DNA of 64,000 nucleotides, taken from Octopus sinensis. Lineage: Eukaryota. A program made the translations under genes and the position numbers. The notes under the pieces were generated by a model. That model was not told the origin of the DNA, searched no databases, and saw only the letters and a program-made list of their open reading frames with translations. Every line of letters begins with the position of its first letter. Positions within the stretch are counted from its first letter, which is position 1. Location of the stretch: the NCBI RefSeq assembly GCF_006345805.1, contig NC_043006.1, positions 47,306,001-47,370,000 on the forward strand, read 5' to 3'. Positions 1 through 14,494 of the stretch are shown piece after piece.

Positions 1-202
1 TCAGAACTTTATTCTCGGTCACAAAGAACATCTATACACCCTCACCCACATGATTGACCGATGCCTGACCCGTTGAATTCTTCAGCCACCGGTTCTCAAC
101 ATACAATGATAAACAGTTTCGCCATGGGCTCTTAGGAGCACAGTTCGATTTGTTTTTTGCTCCGCCTCTGTTCTGTTTTTGTTTTTCCAACGGATTTCCT
201 TT

Positions 203-291
203 TTTCTTCCTGAAGAGAAAGACACAATATGGTCCCATTATTCAATCGGATTTTGGTAATTTGTGCCTTTCGAAACACGTGTAGAATGAAA
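203..291 (+). ncRNA. Candidate type I hammerhead ribozyme (minimal palindromic stem III)
   Basis: Stem I TTTCTTC(203-209)/GAAtGAAA(284-291). Core CTGAAGA(210-216). Stem II GAAAGACACAA(217-227)/TTGTGCCTTTC(261-271), one mismatch. GAAA(272-275). Palindrome ACACGTGT(275-282). GUA cleavage triplet ending at 283. Element runs into a (TA)n(TG)n tract at about 350. Confidence 0.7.
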
Positions 292-348
292 TAAAACGAT
301 TTCTGTTCAATCTGCGTTCAGCTCCATTTCTTCAATTCACCAATAATG

Positions 349-349
<1 letters not shown>

Positions 350-428
<79 letters not shown>

Positions 429-452
429 TGTGTGTGTATGTATATATATATA
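350..452. repeat. (TA)n(TG)n compound microsatellite
   Basis: Directly visible. Confidence 0.95.
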
Positions 453-829
453 TAATATCACTTAAGAAGAGAAATATATAGATGTGCACAGAACAGAATT
501 ATCAGAAAATCAAACCCTTCTCTGAAGCAATTTCCAAAACGTTTTCTAACATTCTCATAACAAAATTAAATTCAGAACAATGTATTGAGCCTTACTGCCT
601 CGATGCGGTTACAAAAACTAGTTAAATTCTTGATTCTTTGATCAATATTAATATTGGCCTAGGGCTTCATGGGAACACATCGACCAAACCTTAAATTTAG
701 ATAAATAATAAATTTCATTTATTATTTGGAAGTTATCAGCATCATATAGAATGATCTCAAAGTTTGTCAATTTCGAACTTACAGATTTACATGTTCGTTT
801 GTCCATGTTAATCGTATATTGATCATAAC

Positions 830-1258
830 TTTGAGGAGATTGAAGAGTGCAGAATGGGAAGGTACCAGGAGGGGACCTAATAGTTAGATATGGAGACAAG
901 AAGCTCGAATTTTATAGAAACCAATTGATATGTATGTTGAAAAGGACTATTCAAGGTCAGACTGACCTACTACATTGGCTTACTACAGCAAGGACAGATC
1001 TTGTAGCTAAAAATGAAATCATCGAGATTGCTGGAAACTACAAGTCAATTGCTTGCCTAAACCTTATGTACAAACTGTACACAAGTTGCCTCAACTAATT
1101 CCTCCATGTCCATTGTGAGTCGAACAACATTGTGACTAATGAACAAGCTGGTGAAAAGAAGGGAGTGTGGGGATGTACCGAACAACTTTTAATAAACATA
1201 GCTGTACTGTCTAAAGTAAGAAAGCAAACTTAGAAATCTTGGGACAGTATGGCTTGAC
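830..1258 (+). mobile_element. R4/Dong-clade non-LTR retrotransposon, N-terminal RT fragment (degenerate)
   Basis: KVPGGDLI...WLTTARTDLVAK...GNYKSIACLNLMYKLYT...NEQAGEKKGVWGCTEQLLIN...TVWLD resembles RT domains 0-2 of RLE-type LINEs; in-frame stops. Confidence 0.75.
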
Positions 1259-1599
1259 ACATACATATATTTGTGCGCATGCGTGTGTATATGTATGTGA
1301 GTGTGTGTTTGTGAGTTTGTATGCGTGTGCATAAATGAAATGATGTTCATATTTAAACAAATTTTACACGACATATCTTAGCGTTGCCATTTGGTCGAAA
1401 TTGAAGAACACCGGCTGTTTGAATGTCTGTATGCGGTTTCAATTCTGACAGGATGGTAGCGTAGTTTTTTTTTTATATTTCTCCGTAACATTTAAAAAAT
1501 TTCTACATAATTATAAAGCAGAATTAAATATATATGGTTGTAGGATCTTAATTTGTGTTATTCGTTTGCAACCCAGAAACATGAGACTACCATAAATTA

Positions 1600-2330
1600 C
1601 TTGAACAAGAGAGACAGTGATACCCTTGTAACCCCAAGGTGCAACCATATGTGTAGGTTGTATCATGTTTTTGTGGAAAACATCACGCATGTGATTAGCA
1701 GCAGTCCTAAAATGTCGTCACCGTGCTACCTTCCTATGCGGCACGCTGTTCATGCTAAAACAACTTAAAATGTCATCGTCAAAGACGACTGTTCTGAAAC
1801 AAACTTTGAAAATCTCTGTTATGGAATACATTCATAAACACTAACACAAGGAATACAAGTGGAGTACTCCCATCAAAACGTCTGTCAAATATAAACATAT
1901 CAGATCAGATATTGTTATTTTGGATAGAGGGGTAAAGATAAGTATCATCATAGAGGTCAGCTGCCCCTCAGGTACAAATATCTCTTTGAAAATGAAAGGA
2001 AAAGAGGATATCTATGAACAACTTTATCGAAACGCCCCAGGTTGCATATTGAAACTATGAATTAATATTGATACGAATAATAATTGGAGCACTAGGTTTT
2101 GTTAGTAAATACTTAAAAGGGAATCTGGATAAACTGAGGTGTTCAGAAAGAGAAATCGACCAGCTGATTCGTAAATTAAAAGTTCAATCTGTGAATGGAA
2201 CAGGGAAAATATGCAAGACTTTACACAAGTTCCAAATGTGAATTCGACTGTGTTAACTACATTCCAAAGATTGAGTCTGGCTTCATTGTTGGAAACCAGT
2301 CCCCTCCTGAGTGGAAAATTTATAATGATT
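1600..2330 (+). mobile_element. R4/Dong-like LINE, C-terminal Zn-knuckle/RLE endonuclease fragment (degenerate)
   Basis: CRLYH...ENITHVISSSPKMS...YLPMRHAV (decayed CCHC + RHD), then KHIRSDIVILD...IIIEVSCP and IIIGALG-like motifs. Confidence 0.6.
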
Positions 2331-2930
2331 AAAAAATAGAAGAGGTACACGTACATATATTTGTGAGCATGCGTGTGCGTTTGTGCGTATGTGTGTGTGA
2401 GCATGCGGGTATGTGTGCATAAATGAAATGATATTCATATTTAACCAAAATTTACGCGGTGTATATTAGCGTTGCGATTTGGTCGAAATTGAAGAACACG
2501 GGCCGTGTGAATGCCTGTATGTGGTTTCAATTCTGAGAGGATGGCAAAGCAGAAACATTTTTATTTATAAAGTAGAATTAAATCTATATGGTTGCATGAT
2601 TGTAATTTCTGTCATAAGTGAACTCACATAAACAGTGCAAATTCTATGACCACAAACATTCCGTGGTCTGCTCTTATGTAAATTTTTTTGTGTGTTATTT
2701 GCTTATCATATATACAGAAATGTTCCAGAGGCTTTCCATTTATGTGTGACTGGTGAGTGGAAGTTATCCTCAGAGCAAAGACATGATCTACGTACTTGCC
2801 AGAACATGCACAACATGAAACTCACGAAACTGAGGCATATCGTTATTATATCGAATGATAGATTAAGTGTACTCTGGATAATTGCTAGGAAGATGGATAT
2901 CAAAAAACAGTTGGAAACTTTATCATGTTA

Positions 2931-3373
<443 letters not shown>

Positions 3374-3489
3374 AACGTAATTGAACGTCTCACTATATTT
3401 CATATACCACCATGCAAGATCATAATATTGAAATTGTTAGCAATATGCTCATATTAAATATATAATTAAAAGAGTCGCTCACAGCTCAT

Positions 3490-4180
3490 AGCTTGTAAAC
3501 GTTTGTTTTATGCAATAGGAACGATAATGGATTCAGTGCCAAAATGAAATGAAGTACTGAAAGATTATCTTTCTGGAATATTCCTATTGAAAAACATATC
3601 AGAAACAATTATTCTGTTCCCATTTGTAAGGGTAACAATTGTTGTCCATGTCTTTTTGAGTCTCTCTATAGCAGAAATTAAGGTAGTAGGTTCTTTCACC
3701 AGATGAGGGCACTTCAATATCTATGAATGAGGGATAGAGGCGAATGCCTTCTTATAGTCAAGCCATACTATCACAAGGTCTCTAAGTTTGCTTTCTTACC
3801 TGAGACAGTACAGCTATATTTATTAAAAGCTGTTTTGTTCTCCCCCACACTCCCTTCTTTTCACCAGCTTGTTCATTAGTCACAATGTTTCTCGGCTCAA
3901 AATGGACATGGAGTAATTGGTTGAGGCAACTTGTGTACAGTTTGTACAACATGTTTAGGCAAGCAATTGACTTGTAGTTTCCAGCCATCTCGATGATTTC
4001 ATTTTTGGCTACAAGATCTGTCCTTGCTCTAGCAAGCCAATTTGGTAGGTCAGTCTGATATTGCATAATGCTTTTGAATATACATATGAATTGGTTTCTA
4101 TAAAAAGCTAGGTTCTTGTCTCCATATCCAACTATTAGGTACCTTCCAGTTGCCTTCCCAACCTGCAGTTTTCCTAGAGC
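3490..4180 (-). mobile_element. R4/Dong-clade RT fragment, inverted paralog of 830-1258
   Basis: ORF 3782-4066 is nearly identical to the 847-1098 peptide and continues into WLDYKKAF and a decayed QGD-region motif. Confidence 0.75.
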
Positions 4181-4333
4181 TATAGCAACGTAATATATCG
4201 CGATATATGCAATGTTGTGGGACGTTCAAACTAACAAAATTTTTTTATCTGAAAGAACAAACAACAGAGATGAAAAAGTTTCCAAATGTTTTTTTGATAT
4301 TTCAGCATTAACGAATTTAATTCATATTTTCCA

Positions 4334-4334
<1 letters not shown>

Positions 4335-4390
<56 letters not shown>

Positions 4391-4505
4391 GTATGTATAT
4401 ATATATATGTATGTATATATATATGTATGTATATATATATGTATGTATATATATATGTATGTATATATATATATGTATATATATATGCATGTATATATAT
4501 ATGTA

Positions 4506-4562
<57 letters not shown>

Positions 4563-4615
4563 TTGTGTGTATATATACATACATACATATATACATATAT
4601 ATATACATATATATA
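4335..4615. repeat. (TA)n/(TATG)n microsatellite
   Basis: Directly visible. Confidence 0.95.
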
Positions 4616-5866
4616 TTTTTTTCTAATATTTATTTATATTTCATTTGAATAGAATCATTTTTACTGTCAAACTTTTGCGTTTATATATTCAAGTGAAAAA
4701 GTCAGAGATAATGGCATGTGTGATACAACCAAAACAAAGCTAAAATTTTCTGAGAATCGCGTTGTATTCAGTCGCAACGTATTAAAAAATAAATTATTAC
4801 CGGGCACTTCGACATAACGATGTTATAATCGACCAGAACTGATGTTGATGTTGTAGATTACATTAATTATTTCGATAAATTTTTGTCATACAAATTCCTG
4901 CAAGATTTATTTCCGTTTTGATACCATACAATGTATATAATGTTTAGGGAGTTACATATTCTACATATAGACCGTGACATATTAAATAGAGTATATTAAA
5001 TACATATTAAATACATGTAACGTGAAATATCCAGGAATGTTGTTGTAAATTTAAGTTATTTTCCTTAGTTACCAACACCATGTAGCATGGCCGCAAATAA
5101 TATTTGCTTCTCATTTACAAATATTTAATTTTTTCATGTTCTTTGGATTACATTTATCATATACTGACCTTATCTCGGATTTATGTGGTTTATTTAGACA
5201 ATGTTATTCTATAATTTACATCGAGAAATTATGCGAGTTTTTAATTACCTGTATAAGTGTATTAAAATTACATGATTTTTATTATTAATGATTTATAAAA
5301 AAACAAATATGAACGGCAATGGACGTGGACAGAATTGAACTCGCTCACAGACAGACAACTGTCAACCACTCTTTAATCTCGTCCGACGTACATCGCTGTG
5401 AGCGGCTCTTTTAATTATATATTTATTATAATCATATTACTCACAATTTCCATATGATTTTGCATGGTGATATATGCAATATAGCAAGACTTTCAATCTC
5501 TTTACTCTTTACTGTGTGTGTGAATGGGGGGGGGGGAATGGTGTTCATATTTAAACAAATGTTAGCGTTGCCATTTGGTCGAAATTGAAGAACACCTGCT
5601 GTTTGAAGTTCTGTGTGTGGCTTCAATTCTGAGGGGATGGCAGCGCAGAATTTTTTTATATGTCTATATGAAGCGTTAATTATAGAGCAGAATTATATTT
5701 ATATGGTTGTATGATTGTAATTTCTGTCATAAATTAAACTCACATAAAGAGTGTAAATTTTTAGACTATAAACATTCTGCGGTCTGTATGCATGTAAATT
5801 GTTGTGTGTTATTGCCTTATCATATATATAGAAATGTCGCAGAGGCTTTCCACTTGAGTGTGACTG

Positions 5867-6428
5867 ACTGTGTTCATGCTGAACACTTGTTGTCCGACGA
5901 GAGAAGAGTACAACCATCAGCTGAGTCGATTTTAAAAATCAACCCAACAGATTTCCTCACGAATGAAGGTAAGAATTGCTTTCTCGTAGTTGTGGCAATG
6001 GTGAAAGAGGCGATCTGGAAGACAAGGATGAAAGGGATTAGGACAGACAACTTCATATCTGGCCTCACTTTAGTGAACTTCTTTAAGTTTTCCTTGAAAA
6101 GAAAAGTGTGGCTGAAAAGAAGCTGTCTGTATGAGAATGTACTTAAATAACGATGGATGCGTGTCGTACGGATGTTGGGTGTGAAAGGCCCTGCGTTAAC
6201 ACGTCATAAAAGAAAAAACAAGGCGTCGATGAAAAGACAGGGCTCGTGGGGTCGGAGCATACCTGTTTATTTTTATCTCATTTGTTTTTAGTGTTTGTAA
6301 TTATTGTTTTTGTGTACCATTCGATTAATCATATATCCCAATTTAAATTTTTAGATCTCATTTGTCGACCTCAAAGTTTGTTTATGCTGTCCCCCTCTTT
6401 GTTCACCCTTTATGGGAGATAATAAAAC
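5867..6428 (+). mobile_element. Tx1/L1-like LINE 3' fragment with target-site duplication
   Basis: C-terminal peptide FLVVVAMVKEAIWKTR...FFKFSLKRKV...RW. T-rich 3' UTR and AATAAA at 6421. Flanked by acttgagtgtgactga / acttatgtgtgactga. The empty site is visible at about 2735-2760. Confidence 0.65.
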
Positions 6429-7024
6429 TTATGTGTGACTGATTTGTGAGTGGAAGTTATCCTCCGAGCAAAGACATGACCTGTTGCCACATCATGCACA
6501 ATATGAAACTCACGAAACTGAAGTATATCGTTATTATGTCGAATGATAGTTTAAGTATACTCTGGAAATTGCTAGGAAGATGGATATCAAAATACATTTG
6601 GAAACTTTTTCAAACCACTATTAGGGGTAATTTGGAAAGGGAATGAAAAATAAAAACCTTTACCCTATATTTCCTCTCCATGAATTCAAGCTATCTTCAG
6701 CAAATAAAATAATTTACTAGGCGAAGCTCTCATCAGCAGGAAAGCCAAGATTGACATATAAACACGAGGCGATACAGAGCATGCCACGTGTTTACATGTT
6801 ATAAATTTTCAAAATTCACCGCGCAAGCGTGTTTTTTTTATCGGTAGCAGTTACAAACACTGCCGATTTTCTTCCAAAATTAGCCAAATATCATTATATT
6901 ATTATTAATAAATTCCAGGGTAGCAAAAGAATTTAGAAAATTTCTCTGCTACCAGTGGTCTAGCGAGAAGAAAAAACTGGTCAATAGACTATATATTATT
7001 CATATAAAAATACAACATGGAATA

Positions 7025-7057
<33 letters not shown>

Positions 7058-8887
7058 CATTAATATTATTATTAATAATAATAATAAGAAGAATAGTACA
7101 GGCTTTGAAAATGTATTCTGCTAATGTGTGTTTAGTGGTTAGTGGATGTCGCGAGCTGGCAGAATCATTTGCACACTCGACAAGATCCCTAGCAGCATGT
7201 TGTCGACTATAGCGTTCTTCCCCAGAATTATGCTAAAATTCGAAACCAATATATCTATATCAATCAGATACGTGTAGCTACATAAAATCCATTCAGCCTC
7301 TCAAACATACATTTTTACATACATTTTTACATATAAATTTGTGTGTATGTGTGCTTTTGTGTGCGTTTTTGCGTATGTTTGAGTGTGTGTTCATAAATGA
7401 ACTGAAGTATATATTTCAACAAAAGTTACACCCCCTGCACCCTTTTTTAATTTAAATGATTATAAGTGTAATTTTTTTTATACGTATACAGCCAATTAAC
7501 GATTCCATTAGTCTACAACTTACGTTTTCAACACAAAAGCGTCACATACGGACATACTGTGTGAAGCGTTTGACTTCTTTTCGTAAATGAACGCGAGTAC
7601 ATTTACCAGTAGAAAAACTTATATGCAATCGAATTATAAGGAGATCTACTTACGTATTATTTTGCTGAGTACTATTAATCATCAAAATAAGTTTGGTATT
7701 GTACACAGGGCTAAGCCAATACATGTTACTTACCAAAACATCTCAACGTAAGTCAATGTTATAAAACCATATTTTACCAATCTCTCATGATCGTCCAGTA
7801 TGAAAAATTGTTTATTATTTCGGTATTTATTTGTAGGAGAAGAAGCGGAGTCTATGGATGTTTTCAGGTCATTTTGATTGTACTTAGTGAAAGCCACCAA
7901 TCCTATAGGGACATTATCCTTATGCTTGTTACAATCTGGACTGCATTTAAGGCCGATGGATTTAACTTGTGTGGTTTTAAATGTAGTGATGTTATATTTC
8001 TAGTATACCAATTGCCTGCGTTTTATATTGCTTTCAATTCAAGTTTCATGATTTAGGGTTGAAATTGTCTATGTATCGATCTATCTTCACCTTCACGCAG
8101 ACATGAAAATACATACACACACATGCATGACCACACACACAATCACACATATTTACACACTTTCCAGGGAACGGATAAACTGATTTCATCGACCAAATAC
8201 TCAAGTGGTACTTATTTTATCCATCTCGAAACGATAAAATCCAAAGTCGACTCCAGCGTGGTAGATTTCTGCTAGTTCACCGCCTTAATGAACGCGTGTA
8301 TTAAAACAAGTTACACTCTAGATCACATACTGGTACGTCGCTGAAAATTGTAGGACAAATAAGATAATTTTATGTTTCTACATAAAGTGCCCGTCTGGGC
8401 ACTTTATCATGTAGAATAACCGATATTCTCCATTGTCGTCTTGCATCATTTTTAACCGAATGAATTGGAAAAAGAAAATGATGCTTATATTTAAGTTATA
8501 CTTACACCAAACACTCGATCGTGGCACTTTGGTGGAAACTGAACAATATTTGGCAATTTAGAAGCATTGGGCAGGTTGAATTACCGGGAGTGCTGCGCTG
8601 CCTTTTATTTAATCAACTGTTTATTGTATGGATATAAATTTGTTACATATATGAACGTAATATTAATAAGAGAGTATTTTGCAGAAGGCCTTCAGGATTG
8701 CGAAACGACTCACGTTACACGACGAAAACAATGATGTTTGAGGATTAGAGCCTGATGTTTCGGGGATATATAAGAAGCGCTGGTTCAAATATATTAGTAA
8801 ACTTGATGGTAACTTGAATAGCTCCAAATTTACAGAAAATTTGCTGAAGTACAAATTTGCCAAAGTTGCTGCAATACAATTTGATAC

Positions 8888-8956
8888 CAGATTTCGACGA
8901 AGGAGAGATTTCTCAGGATATAATTAATAAATATCATAGAAACAGCTGTAAGACCT
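8888..8956 (+). ncRNA. Degenerate hammerhead-like motif
   Basis: tCGACGA-AGG...ggatat/atatc internal stem...GAAACAGCTGTA-AGACC. Same palindromic stem III (ACAGCTGT) as the 19783 motif; stems I and II partly decayed. Confidence 0.45.
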
Positions 8957-9104
8957 TCTATCTATAAATGCTCTAATATCTACACAGCCTTGGTTTTTTA
9001 TCTTATTACGCAAAACATTCTCACAAATATAGACCTATATATACATATGTATAAGCGTATATATGCATACATATATATATTTAATTATATAGACACACTT
9101 ATAA

Positions 9105-9149
<45 letters not shown>

Positions 9150-9579
9150 ATATATACACCTATATATGTATATATATGTATAAAGTGTTGGGTAGCAAAA
9201 TCACGAATGCAGCATGTAGAATGGCTTCAAGGCTTGTCTGTTTTAGATATACAGTTATTACATTTTGCATTTCATTCAGCGCATATTTATCATTTTCTGG
9301 CTATATATTTTATTTATGTAACGTATTAAGAAGAATAAATTTGTAAAATAAATACGCCGAACACTGAGCGTGTTATTACGTATCTGTATAAGGGTAACTA
9401 AATTATATTAATATAATTTACGCTTTGTAAAGAACAGTAAAATGTTTCCGTGTTGGTCTTAGATCACAATTGAACTCACACGCTGATATTCAAACATCAA
9501 GTGTCCGTCAATTTCGACCAAAGAGCAACACCGTAATCTAGGCTATAAAATATGTTTAAATTAATCATTATTTTATTTC

Positions 9580-9618
<39 letters not shown>

Positions 9619-10199
9619 GCACACACAAGCACACACACACACAGATATATGTACGGGTAGTGTGAGAGTAGCCGTTAACATTTAAGGATATAGATAAATA
9701 GATATTGATATACTTACCATGAGAATAATCTTTGTAACATTTCATGAGATGTATGGAGTCTTGGACGCGTTATATATACATAACAGTGTTTTCTTTTCAA
9801 AAGCTTTTCTCAAAAGTATAAATTATACACTAGGCAATTTGTTCATGAATCTTCCTATTAAGTACGGGCAGTGAGAGGGTTTTGCTTGCTTTCATTGGTT
9901 TACATTCACTACCTTTATATACACATATTCCGTTAAAATAATTCATTTCAGTTTTAGGACTATATAAAATATATTTTACAAAGTAATTGAAAAATTGTTG
10001 AGAATTGGATAAAAATGTTTTTAAACAATACAATAATGACAACACTTCAACGCGGAACCTCACGAAAAATTGAACCCGAGAACTCGTAGTATACTGCTAA
10101 CAGGTCTCCCATTACCTCCACATAACCGCTCCGAATGCTTTTCTACAATATGGGTCTAAATATAGGTCATTTTTCTCATTTTATTTTTTCCAATGTAAC

Positions 10200-10243
10200 C
10201 AGAATTCATTATAAACATGTATTTTACATACATACACACACAA

Positions 10244-10278
<35 letters not shown>

Positions 10279-10535
10279 TAAAAAATAATATATATATAAC
10301 ATATATATATATATAATATACATATATATAGTATATATATAATATAATATAATATACATATATAGATATATATATATACATATATATAGTATTATATATA
10401 TAAAATAATATATATAATATCTATATATACACACATATATATATAATATATATATATATAAATATATATATACATAAATATATATATATATATAATATAT
10501 ATAATATATATAATATATATATAATATATATATAA
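10200..10535. repeat. (CA)n + degenerate (TA)n tract
   Basis: Directly visible. Confidence 0.9.
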
Positions 10536-10537
10536 TT

Positions 10538-12956
10538 TTTTTTGACTTCACAAATGACGATCTCATCATAATGTGAAAGTGACACCGACACTACTCTCGG
10601 ATCACAACATGATAGAGCTGACCATGTACGGGCCAAAAGAGAGCACGGACATGCAGCCTACAAGAAACCTCAAAATCTTTCCAGCTTGAACTACCATAAG
10701 GCAAACTGGAAACAAATTGAGAAAGAGATCCTCAAACAAAACTGGCCTAAATGTCTCTCCTCGCCAGACATCGACGTGAAACTTCAACAATTCATGTCTG
10801 TAATGCAGCCATATGCTACAAATGTGTCCCAGAGAGAAAGGCCACTGTACACAAGAACAAAATCCCCAGAGAGAGGAAAATTTTAATGAGACGGCGTACG
10901 AAATTTTCAAATCGCCTACAACAGATTGAAAGCAGTGAAAGTCCCGCCTAAAAATAAAACTGTTGGAAATCGAAAAATGTCTGCAACTCTCCCATGAAAA
11001 GAAAGGCAGACAGAGAAGCCTGGGCTATAGAAAACATAAAATCTAACCCAGAGCTTTCTACAGGTATGCCAAAGAAACAGCTACAGTGCACTGTAGAATA
11101 GGGCCACTCCTCGAAAAGGATGGCACACTTACAGGAAAACCAATGAGGGTAAGTGAAATACTGAATGAGCAATTCAAGAGTGTTTTCACTCCACCCCTTG
11201 GGCATCTCCAAATCACCATCCAACTGACTTTTTTAACACTGCAGATATAAAATCAGAGGCGGCGACGATAGATTACATCGATATAAAGGAAGAAGATGTA
11301 CCAAGGCTATAGATGAAATGAAAACAGACTCAGCTACTGGCCCGATGGATCCCGGCAATCCTCCTAAAAGCATGTAAGAGAGTCCTAGCAAGACCACTGC
11401 AGTTCCTCTTTCAGAGCTTCCTTGCAGCTGGCAACTTCCAGGAAAACTGAAGGAAGGTAAAATATGCCCCATTCATAAAGGAGGTAGCAGAGCGGAGCCA
11501 AGAACTATAGACCTATCTCTCTGACCTCACACATCAGCAAGGTCATGGAACGAATAGTCAGAAGGAAGCTGATCACCTTCCTTGAAGAGATGACTTGCTG
11601 CCCGACACCCAACATGGTTTCCGACCAGGGAGAAGCTGTTTAACTCAGCTCCTACAACACATGACTGGTGCTGAAACGGCTGCTCAACCACTCAAATGTG
11701 GAAGTGATATATCTCGACTTTGCAAAGGCCTTTGATAAAGTCGATCATGGAATGATATGTCACAAACTGCGTGATCTCACATAGTTGGAAAACGGGAGAA
11801 TGGCTTCATGACTTTCTGAAGGATAGAAGTCAGGTGGTAGTAGCCAATGGGGCCACCTCCATTAACACACAAATAGTGAGCGTGTGTTCCGCAGGGCACT
11901 GTTCTGGGACCACTACGGTTTCATAATGGCCCTCTCAGACATGCCCTCAGCCACGCAGAGAGCCACGATCACAAGTATGCAGATGATACAAAAGTTTCAC
12001 AGGCAATACAGAACCCTGAGGACACTAAACACCTGCAATGTGAGCTGGACGAATATACAAGTGGGCTGAAAAGAATAGCATGCAGTTCAATGCTGGAAAG
12101 TTTCAAGCTTTATACTATCAGCATGCAAAACTGAATGCAATACCCAATGAATACACTGGACCCGGAGGGATTGCAATCCCAGAGGCACAATCAGTGCGTG
12201 ACCTGGGTATTCACATGAGTGATGACGCGACCTTTCATGTACATGTTGCTAACTGACATGAAATGTAGACGGCTGGCTGGATGGATTCTTAGAACCTTTA
12301 GAACAAGAGAACAAGAAACCATGATGGTCCTCTGGAAGACACTTGTCCTAAGCCACTTTGACTATTGCTCTCAGCTATGGTCACCATCCAGTGTCAAGTT
12401 GATCACAGAACTTGAGGCGACCCAACGAAGCTACACAAAGAAGATAGCCTCTATGCAGAATGTAAGCTACTGGGAAAGACTCAAGAGATTAAAATTATAT
12501 TCCCTGGAGCGTAGCGGGAAGATATGCCATAATATACATCTGGAAGATCCTGGAGGGAAGTGTCCTGAACTTTGGCATCGAGAGTTACGCAAATGCCAGA
12601 ACTGGCGCCACTGCGTGGTGCCTAGGACTCCAAACCTGCCATCAAGATGTAGGACAGATTCTGTGATAGCCTGGGCTCCGAGGCCCACAGCTCTTCAATA
12701 TCCTCCCGAAGAACCTGAGAGACCTGCATGGGGTGGATACAGATGTCTTTAAAATGAAGCTGGATCTCTCCTGTCAGGTGTCCCAGATGAACCAACTTCA
12801 CGGCAGGAGGGGCAGATGAGGGCAGCTGCATCGAACTCTCTCATGCACCAAATAGCAGTTGCTAGAAGCCTCATGAAGTAAAACCAAGTAGCAACACAAA
12901 TGGCGGTGCCCCAGCATGGCCACAGCTCATAAGCCGAAAACTAGAATCAATCAATT
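10538..12956 (+). mobile_element. CR1-clade LINE, 5'-truncated (end of APE, RT, 3' UTR), frameshifted
   Basis: SDHNMIEL (APE end); NYRPISLTSHISKVMERIV; QHGFRPGRSC; YLDFAKAFDKVDH; PQGTVLGPL; YADD; RDLG; [13 protein letters not shown]; YWERLKRLKLYSLER; (AATC)n tail. Confidence 0.9.
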
Positions 12957-13079
12957 CAGATATTATATATATATATAATAATATATATATATATAGAATA
13001 TATATATATAATATATATATATATATAATATATATATATGTAATATTATATATAGATATATATATAACTTGATTACTTT

Positions 13080-14108
13080 GATAATTGATAGGTTTGGCCA
13101 TTATTGGCCAGGCCATGTCTAACTTAATAGCACCACTGGTGAAGTCTTTCAAGTCAGAATTTGGGCACTATGGCCCACTCAAGTAGAGAGTTATTGTTTA
13201 CAGAGACATATCCAGGTGTAGGGGGTTATCCGGGATTTCTTGAAGGAATCTGTCCACCAAAGATTCTGAACCCTATAGGGTCAGTTTCTGTTTTTAAGTG
13301 TTTTGGTGTAATGTTAAAGAGAGCGGGGCCAATGAGGTGAAATAATTGTGCCGTATGTTGTTATGAGATGAGAGTGCGATTTTTTGTTTTGGGCGGATGG
13401 CACGGGGCCAAGCCTTGGATGTACCTTAAAGGTGATGCCAACATCATTTGGGCAATGCTGATGGAATATTTTCCACATCATGCAGATGATGTAGCGCTCA
13501 CGACGACGTTGGAGAGAATAGAGTTTTAGCTTTTCTAGCCGACCCCAATAGTCGAGGCCTGTCATGCCATCTATCTTTTTTGTGATTGCCCTTTGAGGTG
13601 CTTCAACTTTATGATCTTGTATTGTGTGGGGAGACCACAGTGGACAACAGTATTCAAGGTGGGGTCGGGCAAAGTGGAGAAGAGAAGGATAATGGTGTGG
13701 ATATCTCTCGACTGGAAAGTTCTGAGAATCCAGGAAAACATTCTGCGGGCCATGTCAACTTTGGTGTTTATATGAGTGGCCAGCTTACGTTGTTGTCCAC
13801 AATTACTCCCAAGTCTCTGATGTTGTTGGACGCCGCGAGAGTTTCACCTGAAGGAAGGGAGTATGGGAGTTTCAGGGCATCCTCTTTTCCAAGTGGATTA
13901 GCTCAAATTTATCCTCGTTCAGCAGCATATTGTTTTTTTCTGCCCATTGGATAACAGCCAGTAGATCTGACTGAAGGCATGTCCGGTCACTCGCCTCATT
14001 TTATGACCTTCTGTAGCTTGGAGTCATCTGCAAAGATTTATGTTGCTGTGCTTGATGATGTCATTAATGTCATTAATGTAAATGATGAAAAGAAGTGGGC
14101 CTAGCACA
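13080..14108 (-). mobile_element. Second CR1-clade LINE subfamily, 3' RT half, tail-to-tail with the previous element
   Basis: VLGPLLFIIYINDI...IFADDSK...RDLGVIVD...ARRMFSWILRTF...LDYWGRLEKLKLYSLQRRRER. Confidence 0.85.
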
Positions 14109-14109
14109 C

Positions 14110-14335
14110 TATATATAGTATATATATATATATAACGTATATATATATAATATATTATTAATATATATATAAATATATATATATATAATATATATATATT
14201 ATATATATATATATATAATATATATATATATAATATATATATAATATATTATTATATATGTAATATATATATATAATATATATATATATAATATATATAT
14301 AATAATATAATATATATATAATAATATATATATTA

Positions 14336-14367
<32 letters not shown>

Positions 14368-14434
14368 TATATATATATATATTATATATATATAATATAT
14401 ATATATATATAATAAGATATATATTATAATATAT

Positions 14435-14494
<60 letters not shown>

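Noticed and set aside
4212-4652. Many long YI/HT/VC-rich ORFs here and throughout the window
   Set aside because: Translations of (TA)n, (CA)n and (TG)n microsatellites, which lack stop codons
10538-12956. Potentially active CR1 ORF2
   Set aside because: 5'-truncated with numerous frameshifts; some 1-bp deletions may be sequencing error, but the element is incomplete regardless
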